This document shows, one piece after another, positions 36,759 to 49,749 of a DNA stretch of 64,000 nucleotides; within the stretch, counting starts at the first letter, position 1, and every line of letters starts with the position of its first letter. Made by a program: the position numbers and the translations under genes. Origin of the DNA: Camelus dromedarius (Eukaryota); the NCBI RefSeq assembly GCF_036321535.1, contig NC_087437.1, positions 101,930,001 to 101,994,000 of the forward strand, written 5' to 3'. The notes below the pieces were generated by a model. The model was not told the DNA's origin and did not search any database. It worked only from the letters and a program-made list of their open reading frames with translations.

Positions 36759-39359
36759 GTGTGTCATCAAAGCAAACATCTGTCTGAGCAATTCCATTTC
36801 TTCACTCAGAAAATAAAACAGCAACAAGAACAACAACAGTAATAGTAGTAGAAAGTCTCAGGAGCAGAGCAGGAATATTCATAGTAAATGTGTAATAGTG
36901 ACATAAATTACTTAACATGTGAAATAAATTGTAGGTCTCTTGTAAAATAGGAGATAATGTTTCTTTGTGACCTGCAGCAGTCACCCATTTAGTGACTGAG
37001 TGGGAGGAAAGTAATGATTATTTCTATGGGAGACATTTATTACAGAAGTTAATTGTCACAAATTACTTCACACAACATATTAATGGATAAGTCCAAGAAA
37101 TAAAAAGTCTCACAAATTGTTAAGTCAGATGCTTTGAGAATCTTTTTCTCTGTAGAATGAGTAGTTACTGCTACAGTTAAAAACAATAAAAAGGAGAATG
37201 ATTAATCAGATTATTAAGTGGAGAATTTGGCTCTGTTCATTTTATTCTGAACAGTCTGCGCTACATTAATACCTTAATCTTTGTCACTAGTTACCCCTGT
37301 TCCTGATTCTCCAAGCGCCCTATACATCCATCAGTCAAAGTCATCAAGATTGCAAGTGAAATTAAACTAGTAAATGTATTCAGTAGCTTCTTCCAACTAA
37401 TATTCAAATTAACTTCATAACATGAAGAAACAATACACTGAGGTTTCACTTTAATTTTAAGATTGAAAGGAGCTTGGCTAACTTCTCTTTCTGTATGCAT
37501 AATCCATTCAGTACTGTCATGTTGCAGTGGAGAAATATTTATTTGTTTGCTTCTTTACTTGTATACTGTTTCCTAAGCTTTTTCGCCATGCTTCAGTTCT
37601 CAACACAGTGATTAGGACACTATGGGCATGAAATAAAGTAATTGTTTATAAATGACCAGGTCTGTGAGATGTCCATTCCTATCTGCTTGGCACTATGACA
37701 CAGGAACTCTTCAGAGGCTTACACTGAGCATCCCCCAACTGCCTGTGACTCAGTCGGAGACCGGATCTCTTTTACTGGAAGCACGATTCTTTTTTTTCCA
37801 ACTCAGAGTACTGTTTCTCCAAACCACTCTAGGGTTTTTCAAAATCCCTTTTCATCCTTTTTTATGTTGTCTTAGAGAAGCAAATTTCTTAGAGTCTCTA
37901 CTCTTAAACCATACGATTTTCCTTTTGAATGGTCCTGTCACTTCCCATATTCAGGCTATGGAGTTAAATTATTCTATGAACCAGCTGTACCAAGGAGTGA
38001 CATCTAAGCTATTGGAAATTTTGAATGATTTAGTAGGACAATTTTAGTGGTCTAAGGCCAGTTCACTGACAGTTAATTGTGTTGTTAGATGGAGGAAGAT
38101 GGTAAAGAGGTGAAGGGGTCAAAATTCAATTCTTAGATTCTCTCAAGGGCTAAGATATAGCTCTCATCCTCCCATTCTGGCAATTGTCGAAATAACTATC
38201 TGGAAGCATTTCTGGAGAGAGGAGGGTAATTTGTCTCCTAGTCCCAAAGCACTAGAGAAAGCAAGTTCTGTTTGCAGTTCTTCAAGGTGTTTATGAAAGG
38301 TGCACTTAAGAATAGCTTTAAGTTATCCAGGTGTGCTTATATGAGATACGGTCGCTAACTCTGAATCACAGGATGGGGTGACTAGAAGAAATGACAGGGG
38401 GTGGATAAGGGTGTTAGTAAGAGTAAGACCAAGAACAGTGTAGAATGCAGAAGCAGCCAAATGTTTTTCATGCCCTTGCTCCATGTTAATCCTTCTTATC
38501 ACAATAAAACCCTAGTAATGATGACTTATTAAAAATGTTTCATCCTTTTTTGAAAACTATACATGAAGTTCATTTAACTAAATGTCCATGTTCTTTCGTA
38601 AAGAGATTATTGGGTAGCTATAGTATAACTAGCTCAGCTAAGCCTTTCAACAGATTTCTCATCTTCATTTGTGCTGTAAGTGAACATGGAACCTAGTGAT
38701 ACTCCTCTGGAAAAGTGATGGAGATATGCTCATTCCCTCTCCCAGCCAAGTTTCAAATTTCAAATTTCAACAATGGTTTAAAATAGCACTTCCATGCAAT
38801 GATTTAGCAAACGTTGCTGAAATGTTTCATGGTTGACTAAAAATTTGAATCTGAAATGGAAATCAAGTTCATTCATGAAATCCTTTTACAGTAATAGTAT
38901 ATCATTTTAATAGCAAAGTGTCTAGACACCTAATGTCAGACGAGACATGATAATTTCAGTGCTTTGTATCTATCATATTCATCAGTATAATTATACTTTT
39001 CTGGCCATAATTGAGTATGTTAAACAAGAAATTTGATGACTTAACCAAGAAAATATTAAAAAGGAGCTCAGGTAAAAAAGAAAAAACAGTTTACAAACTC
39101 TATTTTAAGGAAAATTTTTTAAAATCTGGAATAATACATAAAATATTTTAATATATACTGATCTACCTAATATAATGTAGTTTTAACAAGTGTTAGTTCA
39201 CTTGCCATACTTTCTTCAGAGTTTATTTCCTAGTAAATAAAATAAAATCAACATAGTTGGAAATTTTCCTTCCCTTTGCCTTAGAGTAACCAGTATTCAG
39301 ATGTTGCTCTTGGTCTTTTCAGACCGTTTGTTTAAATTTCACTATGTATGTGTGCATAT

Positions 39360-39835
39360 CAATCAGAAGATCAGAATCACCAACAGGTGTTATGCAAGTG
39401 GGGTTTAATACAGGAAATCGGACAGCAGTGTGGGAAGAACTGAAGCCAGGGATTCAGTGAAATGATCATTCTCTGTACCTTCCTCTTGATTTTGCTGTGA
39501 ACCTAAAACTTCTCTGGAAAAAAAAATGGTCTTCTTAAAATGAATTATGAACAAGGTAGCCTGAAGCACTGGAGTGAGACTGGTGGTGAAGAGGTTGCTG
39601 GTCATGAGAAGACCTAGAAGAAGGGCAGCCTGAGATGCTGTCGGTCCTGGGGTAGTCACTGGGAATTGATTTTTTGACAATCTGAAATTACTGGTCACTT
39701 CACTTCCAGATTCTAAGTCAGTGAGCTCCTTTCGTTAGTAGATTTTAACAGGACACATTAAAAAGGTGACTCTGGGAAATGTAGTCCCCAGGTTTCAATA
39801 AAGTGATGGTGGTGCCAAGTTGCCAAAGTTCAGCA
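39360..39835 (-). mobile_element. Old ERV-L LTR (LTR33/41-like) with a short nested L1MB 3' end (+, about 39465-39540)
   Basis: TTTAATACAGGAAAT and CTGGGAAATGTAGTCCCCAG. The insert TCTCTGTACCTTCCTCTTGATTTTGCTGTGAACCTAAAACT is the L1MB terminus. Confidence 0.6.
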
Positions 39836-39879
39836 CAAAGTACATCCGCAAAATAAATGCAACATGGTATATTTTAAAA

Positions 39880-42760
39880 TTTTACATAATTGGTCTCTTA
39901 ATGTTTACATCTTACTTTAAATATTTTCTGTAGAGGCTCCAGAATTTTCCTGTATCCATTCTAACATTTGCTGAGAAGAATGATTTTGCTTCATTCCTTT
40001 TAATTATTCTGCTTTTTATTACTTTTCTTTTGTACCACCTAGGGACTATGATATACTTTTGAATAAGTACTTTATGGTAGCCATTTTTCATACATGCTTA
40101 TAAAGAATATGCTTCTAACATTTTTCTACTGATTTTTGTAGAGTTTATTCCATACCCATTATAAAATTTTTAAAAATAATTTAAAGTGATATAATAGTAT
40201 TTCATTATAGATTAGAGTAGAATAATATCAAATGTGTTTTTGTGTGTATTGAGATCATAATTACTCTCCTCTGTAGTTTATTCATGAATTATGTTAACAG
40301 ATGTTCTGATAAAATGTCATTGTTTTTTTGGATAATCCTGATGATAAGGAGAAATATGGCACATGCACACGCGCATAGACATACATGCACACATGTTGAA
40401 TTTCTGTCACACACACACATACACACACACAAATAATTTAATCATCTGGACTTAGTGGGTATTTTATCTAAGACATATACATTTTAATGAGATAGGTTTA
40501 AATTATAAGTCCATATATGTTGGTCATATGGATGCTCTCGTAGATTGCCTTCCTTTTCCATTTGGTGAGATAGACAGTATAAGATAGAGAACATACACTT
40601 TGACCATAGATTAGCTAGATCCTTGGGGATTAGAACTGAGTTGCTAAAACTCAAAGCTTAATTTGGCTTGGGGTGCTGCCTTTACTGTGGAAAAATTATG
40701 AACTTGGGTTTAATTTTCCTTAAAATTTTCAGGTGTATGTATATATAAAACAGTCAATTTAGGAAATTCATATTTTACACAAAATTGAGAATTTAATATT
40801 TTTTAGAGTACTGGAAAGAGGTTAGTGTCTTACTTTAATTTCTTCCTGATTGACAGTTCATCTCCTTTTTTAATTTCATACATGATTTCAATGTGTTTTC
40901 AATTTTATGTTGAATACTCTTCCCTGAGGTTTTCTCCTGGTATTAATTTTTTTCAAAAAAAAAACTATTTCATATTTTCTTCAGTATTGCTTATTTCTTG
41001 TTCTTCTGTTTTTTGTCCCGTTTTTGCTGTGTTGTTTGGTTTTCTCACTTTTCTATTTTTTTAAACTGAAATGCCTTTTCTCAGGCAACTCAGAAAATAT
41101 CTGACCCCAAATTGTGTATTGAAGTTATTATACATTTACGTCTATGTAGTACATTAACTCCAAATTATGTTTAAAGAATGCAGTATTTTGTCTGCTATTT
41201 AGTTTTAAATATTTTATAATATGCAAAGCGATTCTCTCTTTGACCATAGATTAGCTAGAACTGTATTTTCTAATTTTTGAAAAAAGATAAATCTCTTGCA
41301 GTCTTGTTGATTTTGTTTTCCAGTAAGTATTTTAATATGTTCAGAGAAATATGACCATCTATTATCATTCTGTATTTTCCTCTTACATTCTACAAATATA
41401 TTTCTTTAGTATAGTTAGTGATTATGTTTTTTAAAATATATTATGTCTGCTGGAAAAAGTATGCTTATAAGTAACTACTTGATTAAGCCTATACCATGTT
41501 GTTTAAATTATTTGTCCTTTCTCTCTCTTTCTCATTTTCTGCTTAATACATCAGTCTAGAGGCTAGATAAAATGTATAAATATTTATGGTATTATCTTCT
41601 TAGTAATTTTTGTTCTTTTTATAATTAAACAATGACTAGATCTCATAAAACATTTTTATCTTATATTCTGTTTTGTCTGATATTAATATTTTGACACAAT
41701 CTTTTTGTCACTTTGGAGTTTGGTTGGTACTTTTATGCATTCATATCCAGTTATACTACATCATTATGTTTTACAAGATGTTTATAGCTGCCTTTTAAAA
41801 AACCTAAACCAAGTCTTTACATTTATTACAGTTATTTATTTTTAGTTTAATTACTGCATGAGTCTGTTCTAATTTTTTTTTCCAACTTTTACTTTCAGTC
41901 TTTCCTCGGTTTTGGGGAAGTGAATGTGCTTATGGTGATCTCTACCCAATTTTTTCTTTCTCTCTGGTTTACATTTTATTTCTGTATTTTTAAATTGATG
42001 CTTTGAAACATTTAACTTGTATAATCAAATTAAATTATATACATTTTTGCAAGGAATTTTTCTCCTTAAAATCAGTGTACAATTTTAGAAAGATTTTACA
42101 CAGATTTCCACCCTCCTGCCATCTGGTAACAGAAGTTATCATTTTACTTCCACCTATAAATTATTAAAGCTTTCAATTATTTTCTACACTTAAATAGTGC
42201 ATATCATTTTCAATGCTCAACACTTTTTTTAATATGTATCACCCAGTTTAGCAGTATCTTTGTTTACCATTGCATCTTGCATCTCACTTTATTTTCTCAG
42301 CTCAGTATTCTTTTCACTGATAAATAAACTTTTAGTTCTTTCAGTAAGTATCTGAATTCCAGATCCTTTCATGATTCGTCTAATTAATGTGTTCTTATTT
42401 CACCTTCCTGGTTTGTTTAGGTAAATTTTATGAATAGGACAATTTACTGAGGCACTTGGCTCTGTGTATAATCTCTTTTCCAATTCACAGCCTCTCCTAA
42501 ATCAGAGGTTTTATCTTGTTTCTGTGGAGATATTAAATCCCCACCTCCTTCTTTTAGAGTTCTTATTGTAATCTCATACCTTCACTGAAAAACTGAGGTT
42601 TGAATTCCTACTTGATATTTCTTTTTATTTACATTATGTTCTTGAAATGTAGCAAATTCCCACATTTTAAGATTTAATATTAAATTTTGAAACTGTAGTA
42701 GGTTTTCCAGAGTTTCTAGTTGTTTGAGACATAGGGAATCCGAACATAAGTTCATATTCA
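39880..42760 (-). mobile_element. Ancient, highly diverged L1ME-like ORF2 region
   Basis: Long T-rich tract with L1 antisense motifs (TTTTGCTTCATTCCTTT, TTCTGTTTTGTCTGATATTAATAT). Confidence 0.6.
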
Positions 42761-43479
42761 CCAGAGGTTTCACTTACTCAGTCCTTCACCACTCTTTTTA
42801 TTCTTCCACTCAGTTCTCATATTAATTTTAGGATTTTCCATTTTAATTAATAAAGCAGCAGTCCTTACCTTGAATCAACTTGGGAAATGAATACATTGTT
42901 TTTATCTGATTATCAGAAAGAAGCCAAACCTACCTTTTCTTTGTAGATCGTTGTTAACTAGGAATGATGCACATTTTATCTAGTGTTAGCTTCTGTTTCA
43001 TCTTCATCTTAAATTTTAATGTCAGCATAGAAGATAACGTAAAAATGAAATTAGTGTATTATTTGAATTTATTTTTTGTTAACTTTGGTTGTTTTTTTTT
43101 TAATTATGTAAAGAGATATAAACCCAGCCTAAACCACACATATTAGAACAATGATTAAGCTCATATTTACTATTTTTTGATGTAGTAAATACAGGAACTC
43201 AAATTGTAAACTTAGGGTCTGATTTCTCTCTAATTCTTTGTTCTACTCTTGTCCAAGGTGGTTTATTCTCAGGTACATACAGTGGCCCAACAGCTGCCAG
43301 CAGACTCAGCCCCATATCTTCTACCAGTCAAATCCAGTGGGGGGGAAAAAAAGTGTTACCTACTGAAAAATATACCTTTGCTGACCCAATATTTTTATCC
43401 TCATTTCATTCTTTACGTAGATTTTTTTTCCCTAAATAGCTTAGATGAACTACTAAAGCACATTCCAAGCAGTAGAAGT

Positions 43480-44640
43480 AGAAAGTACCAAGGATGTGAG
43501 GAATGAGTTTCCCTTGACTGTCAAGAGGCTGGAGCAGAGGAAAGAGTAGGCAGTTGGAAAACAGGGCAGTGAGGTAGGGGAGGTCTAGAATATGTATGGC
43601 TTTGGGAACCATGTCAGTGGCGTTGGTTTTTATTCAGAGTGAATTGCGAAGCTTCTGGAGGGATTTAAGTAATATTGATGATAATATTCTCAAAGCATTT
43701 CACTCTGGGTGCTCTGTTGAGTATAGGCCATTAGAAAGGGGAGGATCAGGTTAATCCATTAGGAGGCTTTGGCTTTGCTCCAGGCAGGAGAGGATGGTGT
43801 CTGTAGTTGGAGAAGTTCTTAAATTCTGGATATTGTTTAGGACTAATATCACTTTGTGAAATATTGGATGTGGGATGTAGGAGAAAAAAAAGGAAAATAA
43901 TTTTAGGATAATTTCAGGACGTTTTGAGTGGGTTGGAATTACCATTAGTGGAGATGGGAAAGACTGTCCACAAGCAAATTTTAAAGGAAGATATTTTGGA
44001 TATACTAGGTACTAGATTCCTACTGGAAACCGGATGAGGATGTGGATTAGGAATCTGCATGCATCAGTCTGTAGTTCAGGGGAGATTTATTTTTTAGAGA
44101 CATAAATTTGAGAATTATTAATATAAAGATAGTATTTAAATCTATATGACTGTGTTAGATCCAGGGTCTGAGTCTTGACACACACTTAAGACACTTAATC
44201 AAAAAATATTACAGAAACAACTTTAAAAGAATTAGATCATGTAGAAGCATGGTATCATTTTAATAATAAAAGGATTAGATTAAAAAATGGAAATGGAAAT
44301 GAAAATTGAAAAAGAGATCTAGGAGGGATAGTCAGTAAAGTCAGAAGAATGACAGGGGAGTATGTGTCCTGTAAGCCAAGTGAGGACAGGATTTCAGAGA
44401 TGAGCAGTGCCAGAAATTATTGAGACGCCAAGTAATATGAAGATAAGAACTGACCATATAATTAAACATTGTGGAAGGTACAGTTAATCTAGACCAGAAT
44501 AATTTCCCTAGGGTGGCTGTGGAATGAGAAGGAAGAAGTCTTAATGGAATGAGTTTAAAAGAAAATAGTAGAAAAGAATTGAGATCAGCAATTATTTAAG
44601 GAGTTTAATTTCATAGGGAAAATAGAAATGGAAGAAAACA
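43480..44640 (-). mobile_element. L2 LINE fragment
   Basis: TTGGTTTTTATTCAGAGTGAATTGCGAAGC, TTGGATGTGGGATGTAGGAGAA, GGAGATGGGAAAGACTG and TGTGTCCTGTAAGCCAAGTGAGG. Confidence 0.8.
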
Positions 44641-44799
44641 CTGGAGGGTTAAGAGGCAAGAGGATTTTATTAGAGACTGACTATGAGTTCCAGAGCTCAC
44701 TTTTAAGGTATTGAACCAGCCCAGAGGTTAAAATATATGTATATATTTATATATTTACATTTTAAAAATACATATGTAACTCATAGTATAGACAACTAT

Positions 44800-45283
44800 G
44801 TGTTGGCTATCTGTCTATCCAGCTCTCTCTGTATAAACTTGTACACTTCTCATGGTGACCACAAGAAGCAGGAATTGAGAGAATATTGCAGACATTCCTG
44901 ATGGTGCTAGAGTAGTGGTGCTCGAGGAAGAGTCTTTGAGAATAAGAAGTGGAGGAAGGGGCTTGTCCAGAAGCAGACTGAGTTCCAGAGCCTTCTCTGT
45001 TCCCACTGGGAAGAGCGTGGAGGAGAGAGTTTGGTCTGAGAACAGCTCACTAACAGCCTCCTGACTCCTGCACATGAAGGTGGGCAGGTTAGAGGAGGGT
45101 CACCTCTAGCTCCCTTGAATCCTGCTGAACACAATATGAAGCCCAGAGGTAGGTACTGGGGAAACATGTGGGCCTTCTTATCTCCTGTGAAGGAAGCATG
45201 GGGGAATAAAGTGTTTCCAAAATTTCTTATAACGTAATAGCATAATATTTGAATCTAGATCCTTTTTGAGGATTTCAGAAACA
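44800..45283 (+). mobile_element. Putative old LTR (possibly mammalian Gypsy-type)
   Basis: About 480-bp GA-rich block that starts TGT, has AATAAA at about 45205 and ends AACA. Family not recognised with certainty. Confidence 0.3.
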
Positions 45284-45289
45284 TAGTAA

Positions 45290-45823
45290 TGTTGGGGCCT
45301 GGGGTAGGCTGCCCCCAGAATATGCCTCAATGGCATATTGATTATTTTGAATTAAAGTTACTTGAGAAACTGCCAATGTAAAAAGACCCTGACCCTCCTT
45401 TCTGTCTCCCTGAAGGCAGGAAATCAGTCTCTCATGTGAAAGGCACTCCCTGCACCTGGAGGTAGGCACCCTTATTGCCAGAGGTAGGTAATTAGGGACC
45501 AGGCAGCCTATTTAAACAAAGCTATTACTTCTTTAATTTACTACCTCAAGCCCAAATTCTGTTTAGATTCATCACTCATTGCACTGAGTCCCTGAAATTT
45601 CTTTGTCATGTCAATTTCTCACACATTTATTGTTTCTTTGTGTAGAAAGGATAAAAGCTGCCTGCTTTGGCCACTTCTTAGGTCCCATTTCTCAGACACC
45701 TCCATGCCTATGAATTTAAATTGGTTTCTTTTTCTTCCTGTTAGTCTTTCTTGTGTCAATTTTCTTATTAGTCCAGTCACAGGAACTCAAGAAAGGTAGA
45801 AGTTGAAATTTCCCTACCCCAGT
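45290..45823 (+). mobile_element. ERV1 solo LTR, MER34/MER39-like
   Basis: TGTTGGGG...CCCCAGAATATGCCTCAATGGCATATTGATTATTTTGAATTAAAG, GATAAAAGCTGCCTGC and terminal GGTAGAAGTTGAAATTTCCCTACCCC. Confidence 0.8.
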
Positions 45824-45856
45824 GGTGAGTCGTTGATAATTTCTTCATCCTGAAAG

Positions 45857-46120
45857 ACAGTAGTATATTCACTGGTTAATAACTTAGATTAGGAGCCAGC
45901 CTGTAGGCTTAAATATCAGTGCCACCATCTACCAGCTGGGTACGTCTGAACAAGTCACTGAAACAAGCTGTATCTAATTTTCCTTATCCACACAAGGAGG
46001 ATATTAATAGTAGCTATCTTATGAAGTTGCAGTCCTAAATAAATTATTTAATGCATAGGAAGTGTTTAGAACAATACACTGCCTAACAAATATTAAATGC
46101 CCAATAACCATTAGCTATTA
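45857..46120 (+). mobile_element. Near full-length MIR SINE
   Basis: Colinear with the MIR consensus from TGGTTAA...GGAGCCAG to CAATAACCATTAGCTATTA. Confidence 0.8.
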
Positions 46121-47139
46121 GATAAATCATTCTACAAGGTCTCACCTGGCCTTTATCTCTGGATAATTCATAAAAATGACTCTGGGGAAACAAATTCAAT
46201 CTGGCCCTTGCCTCATAGCTGCCTCTTTAGAACAGAAAAGTGTTACTTTTTCAGCATAGACAGTGAGTTTGAAAGAGAAGCTTCAGATCACAAAAAAAGG
46301 AAAAATGTCTTCTTGTTTCCATCTATCTCTAGTTTTATTTCTCTGCTACAATTTACGCTAAACTCCATCTAGAAAATCATTCTCTCATCCATTTTAAGTT
46401 GCAGGTGGTAGGTAGAAAGGGCTTCATACCAAACTCATCTATTTCTAAGTAGGGTAGCTTAAGTCTAATATGGTATCTTTCTAATATAATGTAACTGAAA
46501 CTGAAAGTAAAAAACATTATAGCCAAAGTCTTTTTTTTTTCCTAGTAAGTACTTTAATGTTCCAGATATTATGGAGCTCAGACATTCATTCCCTGTTCCT
46601 CGCTAGGGGATCATACACGCCACCACCTACAAAAGGCTTGCTGGGCTTTTGGTGAATAATTACGCTCCACTGACCAACTGGTGACATCTCATTCTTGATG
46701 ACTGAGCCCATGAGATTTGAGCCATTAAGCTTTATACCATAGTTATGTTATATGCCACATCAGAGCAGATTTCACTAGGACTGCATAGTTCAACTCATCC
46801 TCTCAGCCTCTTTCCCTTTGCTACAAAGAGAGGGCATGTTCCTCATAAGGGCTGCTTCTTCAGCTTGAATCTTGGAATGGAGATGATCTGAGATAATTTG
46901 AGCTAAGCAGAGCTGAAGCTCATTTTTGATCATCAATCTGTAATATGAAGAAATAAGTGTCATTGTAAACCAAATAGGTTTTGCTACGTTAATGATAAAT
47001 GATATAAGGGCTAAAATATAAATCAAGAAGTTATGTATGTTTCACTTTTCCAGACCAGGGTACAGAGGTTTTTACTTCCATTCACCCTGCTTTTACTCAG
47101 TTTATTCTGAATTGTAAGAAGGGTTATTTTTATTTTGTG

Positions 47140-47860
47140 CCTCAGTAATAATTTTTTTTTTTGGATTCAAGTAACAGAAAATCTAAGCCAAAAGTACTTT
47201 GGAAAAAAATAGGTGGAATTTATTGGTATACATAACTCACAATCCATGAGCTTCAAGCAAAAGTGAAATTTGAGATTTACATAATTTCTCCAGGACAAAT
47301 TCTTCTCTAATTCTATTCTATTTCGGATTCATTATCAAGATCCATGTGGTATCATGGTGGCAGCCAACTACTCTTGGCTTATATTCTCAGAAGTACAGTT
47401 ACATTTGTAATATTCAATCTTTGAATGCTTTCAGCGTGCCAGGAAATCTTGTAAGGAATTTACATGAATTAACTCATTTAATCTTTGCAGTTATTCCATG
47501 AAGTAGAAACTAATATTATCCTTATTTTATAGCTAAAGGAATAGATGCACAGGAGATTAAGATGTCTCATAATAGTCACAATTAATAAAGATCTAATAGA
47601 AACAATTATATACTTGCAAAAGTATTTGAACAAAAGTTGTAAAACTCATTTTCAATAGTTCAAATTATGTCATAATTCTTCCATTAATTTAACCTCTATG
47701 TTAAATAAAATCCAATACCCGAAATACAGCTGAAATATAGTTTCTCTGTTTAGCTGGGTAGAATATTTTCACTTGAAGAATGTTTTAGACAAAATGATAG
47801 AGTGTTCCTCAGAGAAAAATGAAAGCATTTGTATTAAATGAAATGGATGTATGCAATGTC
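47140..47860 (-). mobile_element. Old MaLR LTR (MLT1K-like) with a nested MIR (about 47410-47590)
   Basis: CAAGTAACAGAAAA...ATTTATTGG...CATAACT. MIR antisense ACATGAATTAACTCATTTAATCTT. Confidence 0.5.
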
Positions 47861-47886
47861 AAGAAATTTTAAGCATCTGACATCTT

Positions 47887-48100
47887 CTGCTACAAGTTAG
47901 CCGGCCAAGACTCAATGGATTTGGAGAAAAGACATGAGATTCCTGGTTCAGCAGCAAAGAACTTTGTTATGACATAAAAGCAGCATGTACTTTGTATTCT
48001 CAGCAGTTGCATTTGTTCAGAGGGGATGAGACAGAATAGTCCAAGTGGATGACAGGAATTTAGGCTTAAAATGGATGGGCCATTCATTGGCTTATGAAAA
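47887..48100 (-). mobile_element. ERV-L LTR fragment (MER74/MER54-like)
   Basis: GTTAGCCGGCCAAGACTCAATGGAT...GACATGAGATTCCTGGTTCAGCAGCAAAGAACTTTGTTA. Confidence 0.45.
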
Positions 48101-49749
48101 CCATATAGTTAGTCATTCTGCACTGTTAGACCTAGCAGTAAATCAAAACAGAAGACATATTTAACAAGTTGCTAGTTTAAGTTCACATTGATAATTGACT
48201 GGTTAACTGTCTATAAGGGTAGTATCTTCATCATCATTTTCTATGAGAGATTTTGTAAGTAGAAATTATACAAAATCTTTTAGAAAATTTTGTGTCTGGC
48301 TTAGGCATGCATTACATGCCAGTAAATATGATAAAGGGTTATTTTATAAAATTAAGACACAAGATAATTCTATTCCAAATATTCAAAATCAAACCTAGAA
48401 AAAATAAACAGGCTGTTGCATTTATTGGCACTTAAACCCAATTTCCTAATTTAAATTTATTTTCTTAAGTAGGAGAAAAAGAACATTCTTTTGTTGTGGT
48501 CTGAATCCACAGATCTTCTTCACCGTTATTTTTCTTCTTACTCTAAGACTCTTCTTTTTTCAGTACTGTAGTGCCTCTTACAAAGATGCTGTTCCTGATT
48601 AGTTACAAACTTGCTAAACTCAATTAACTGTGCTTCCATGAACAGATTGAGCTATTGTCAGAATGGCATAATACTTAGGCTTATACAACTTAAATAAATG
48701 ATACAAATAACATAGTTTCAAGTTTACTTAGAAGAAGCAGATTAATTTACTTGTATAATAGGAAAAACCTTAGTCCTAAAGCCTAGAGAATAAGAAGCAT
48801 AATTTTCTTTGTCTTTAAAAAAAAGTTATTACTATTTCAAGTCCTCATTTTACTGGAGTAATGAAATTTTAATTTGCCTAACATCACTCATCCTATTTTT
48901 CAAAAAAGAGCCCAGAGCTCTTTTTTAGGGTCAGCATAGCCTTGGACTCCATTGCATTACTTTTTTAATCTGATAGGTTTTCAGTTGTCCCTGCCTCTCT
49001 GGAGGACATGGGGTTTATTTATTCTGATCACTCAGGTCAGGATGTGGTTCAGGAAACTCCCATCTCTGTAAGGCCACATGTCTACATATCATCTCTGTCC
49101 ATCTTCCCCAATCCACTACTCTGAATCACCCTTTTCCCCTGAGGTGTGGAGGTGCTGGTGAGGTGGAGGAGGAGATACACAGGGAGACCTTGCTCTTACG
49201 GGTCACACCTTTCTACATCTTTGGTAGAGGTTTTTGTTGTTATTCTGAAAGAATCTAGACCTGGAGAGTAAAATCCTAGCTGTACCTGGTTTTTTTTCTC
49301 TCTCTAATTTCTGCTGTCATATTTCTCTGAGAAAGGATGCTCAGAATAGCCTAACAAAGATCAAACAAGACAACTAAATTCTGGAGAAGGGTAACTGTTA
49401 ATGTTTCAGGATATACTCTCCTGCCACACACATTTGTTACAGTTTTAAAATCAAAGCAACTGATTAAAGAAAAAACAAACAAAACAAAGCTGAATTGGCC
49501 TGTCTGAAAAAAAAAAAATGGAAATGCATATTTAGGGGAAAAAAACCTTGAATTCACTGAGTACAACTTGTATGATTACTTTCGACATGGTGTAGGGAAT
49601 AAACTGTTTAAAATCACTACAAATTATTCCCTTATTAGAGTAGGTGTGGGGTAAAGATCAGAAAACTAGAAATGTTATGTAAAATCTGTATGTACCAACA
49701 TGAGGAAGTTTCCATAAGTATAAAAAAACAAAAGTTGAAAAACAATATT

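Noticed and set aside
37652..38047. Longest ORF in the window (131 aa)
   Set aside because: No recognisable domain, and the length is compatible with chance in 64 kb.
38570..39050. Possible L3/CR1 RT relic
   Set aside because: The similarity is too degenerate to support by eye.
46690..46790. C/D-box snoRNA (TGATGA...CTGA)
   Set aside because: The CTGA directly abuts the C-like box, with no terminal stem or properly spaced D box.
48902..48926. Hairpin AAAAAAGAGC/GCTCTTTTTT resembling an intrinsic terminator
   Set aside because: Mammalian DNA, and the stem is mostly A/T runs, so chance is likely.
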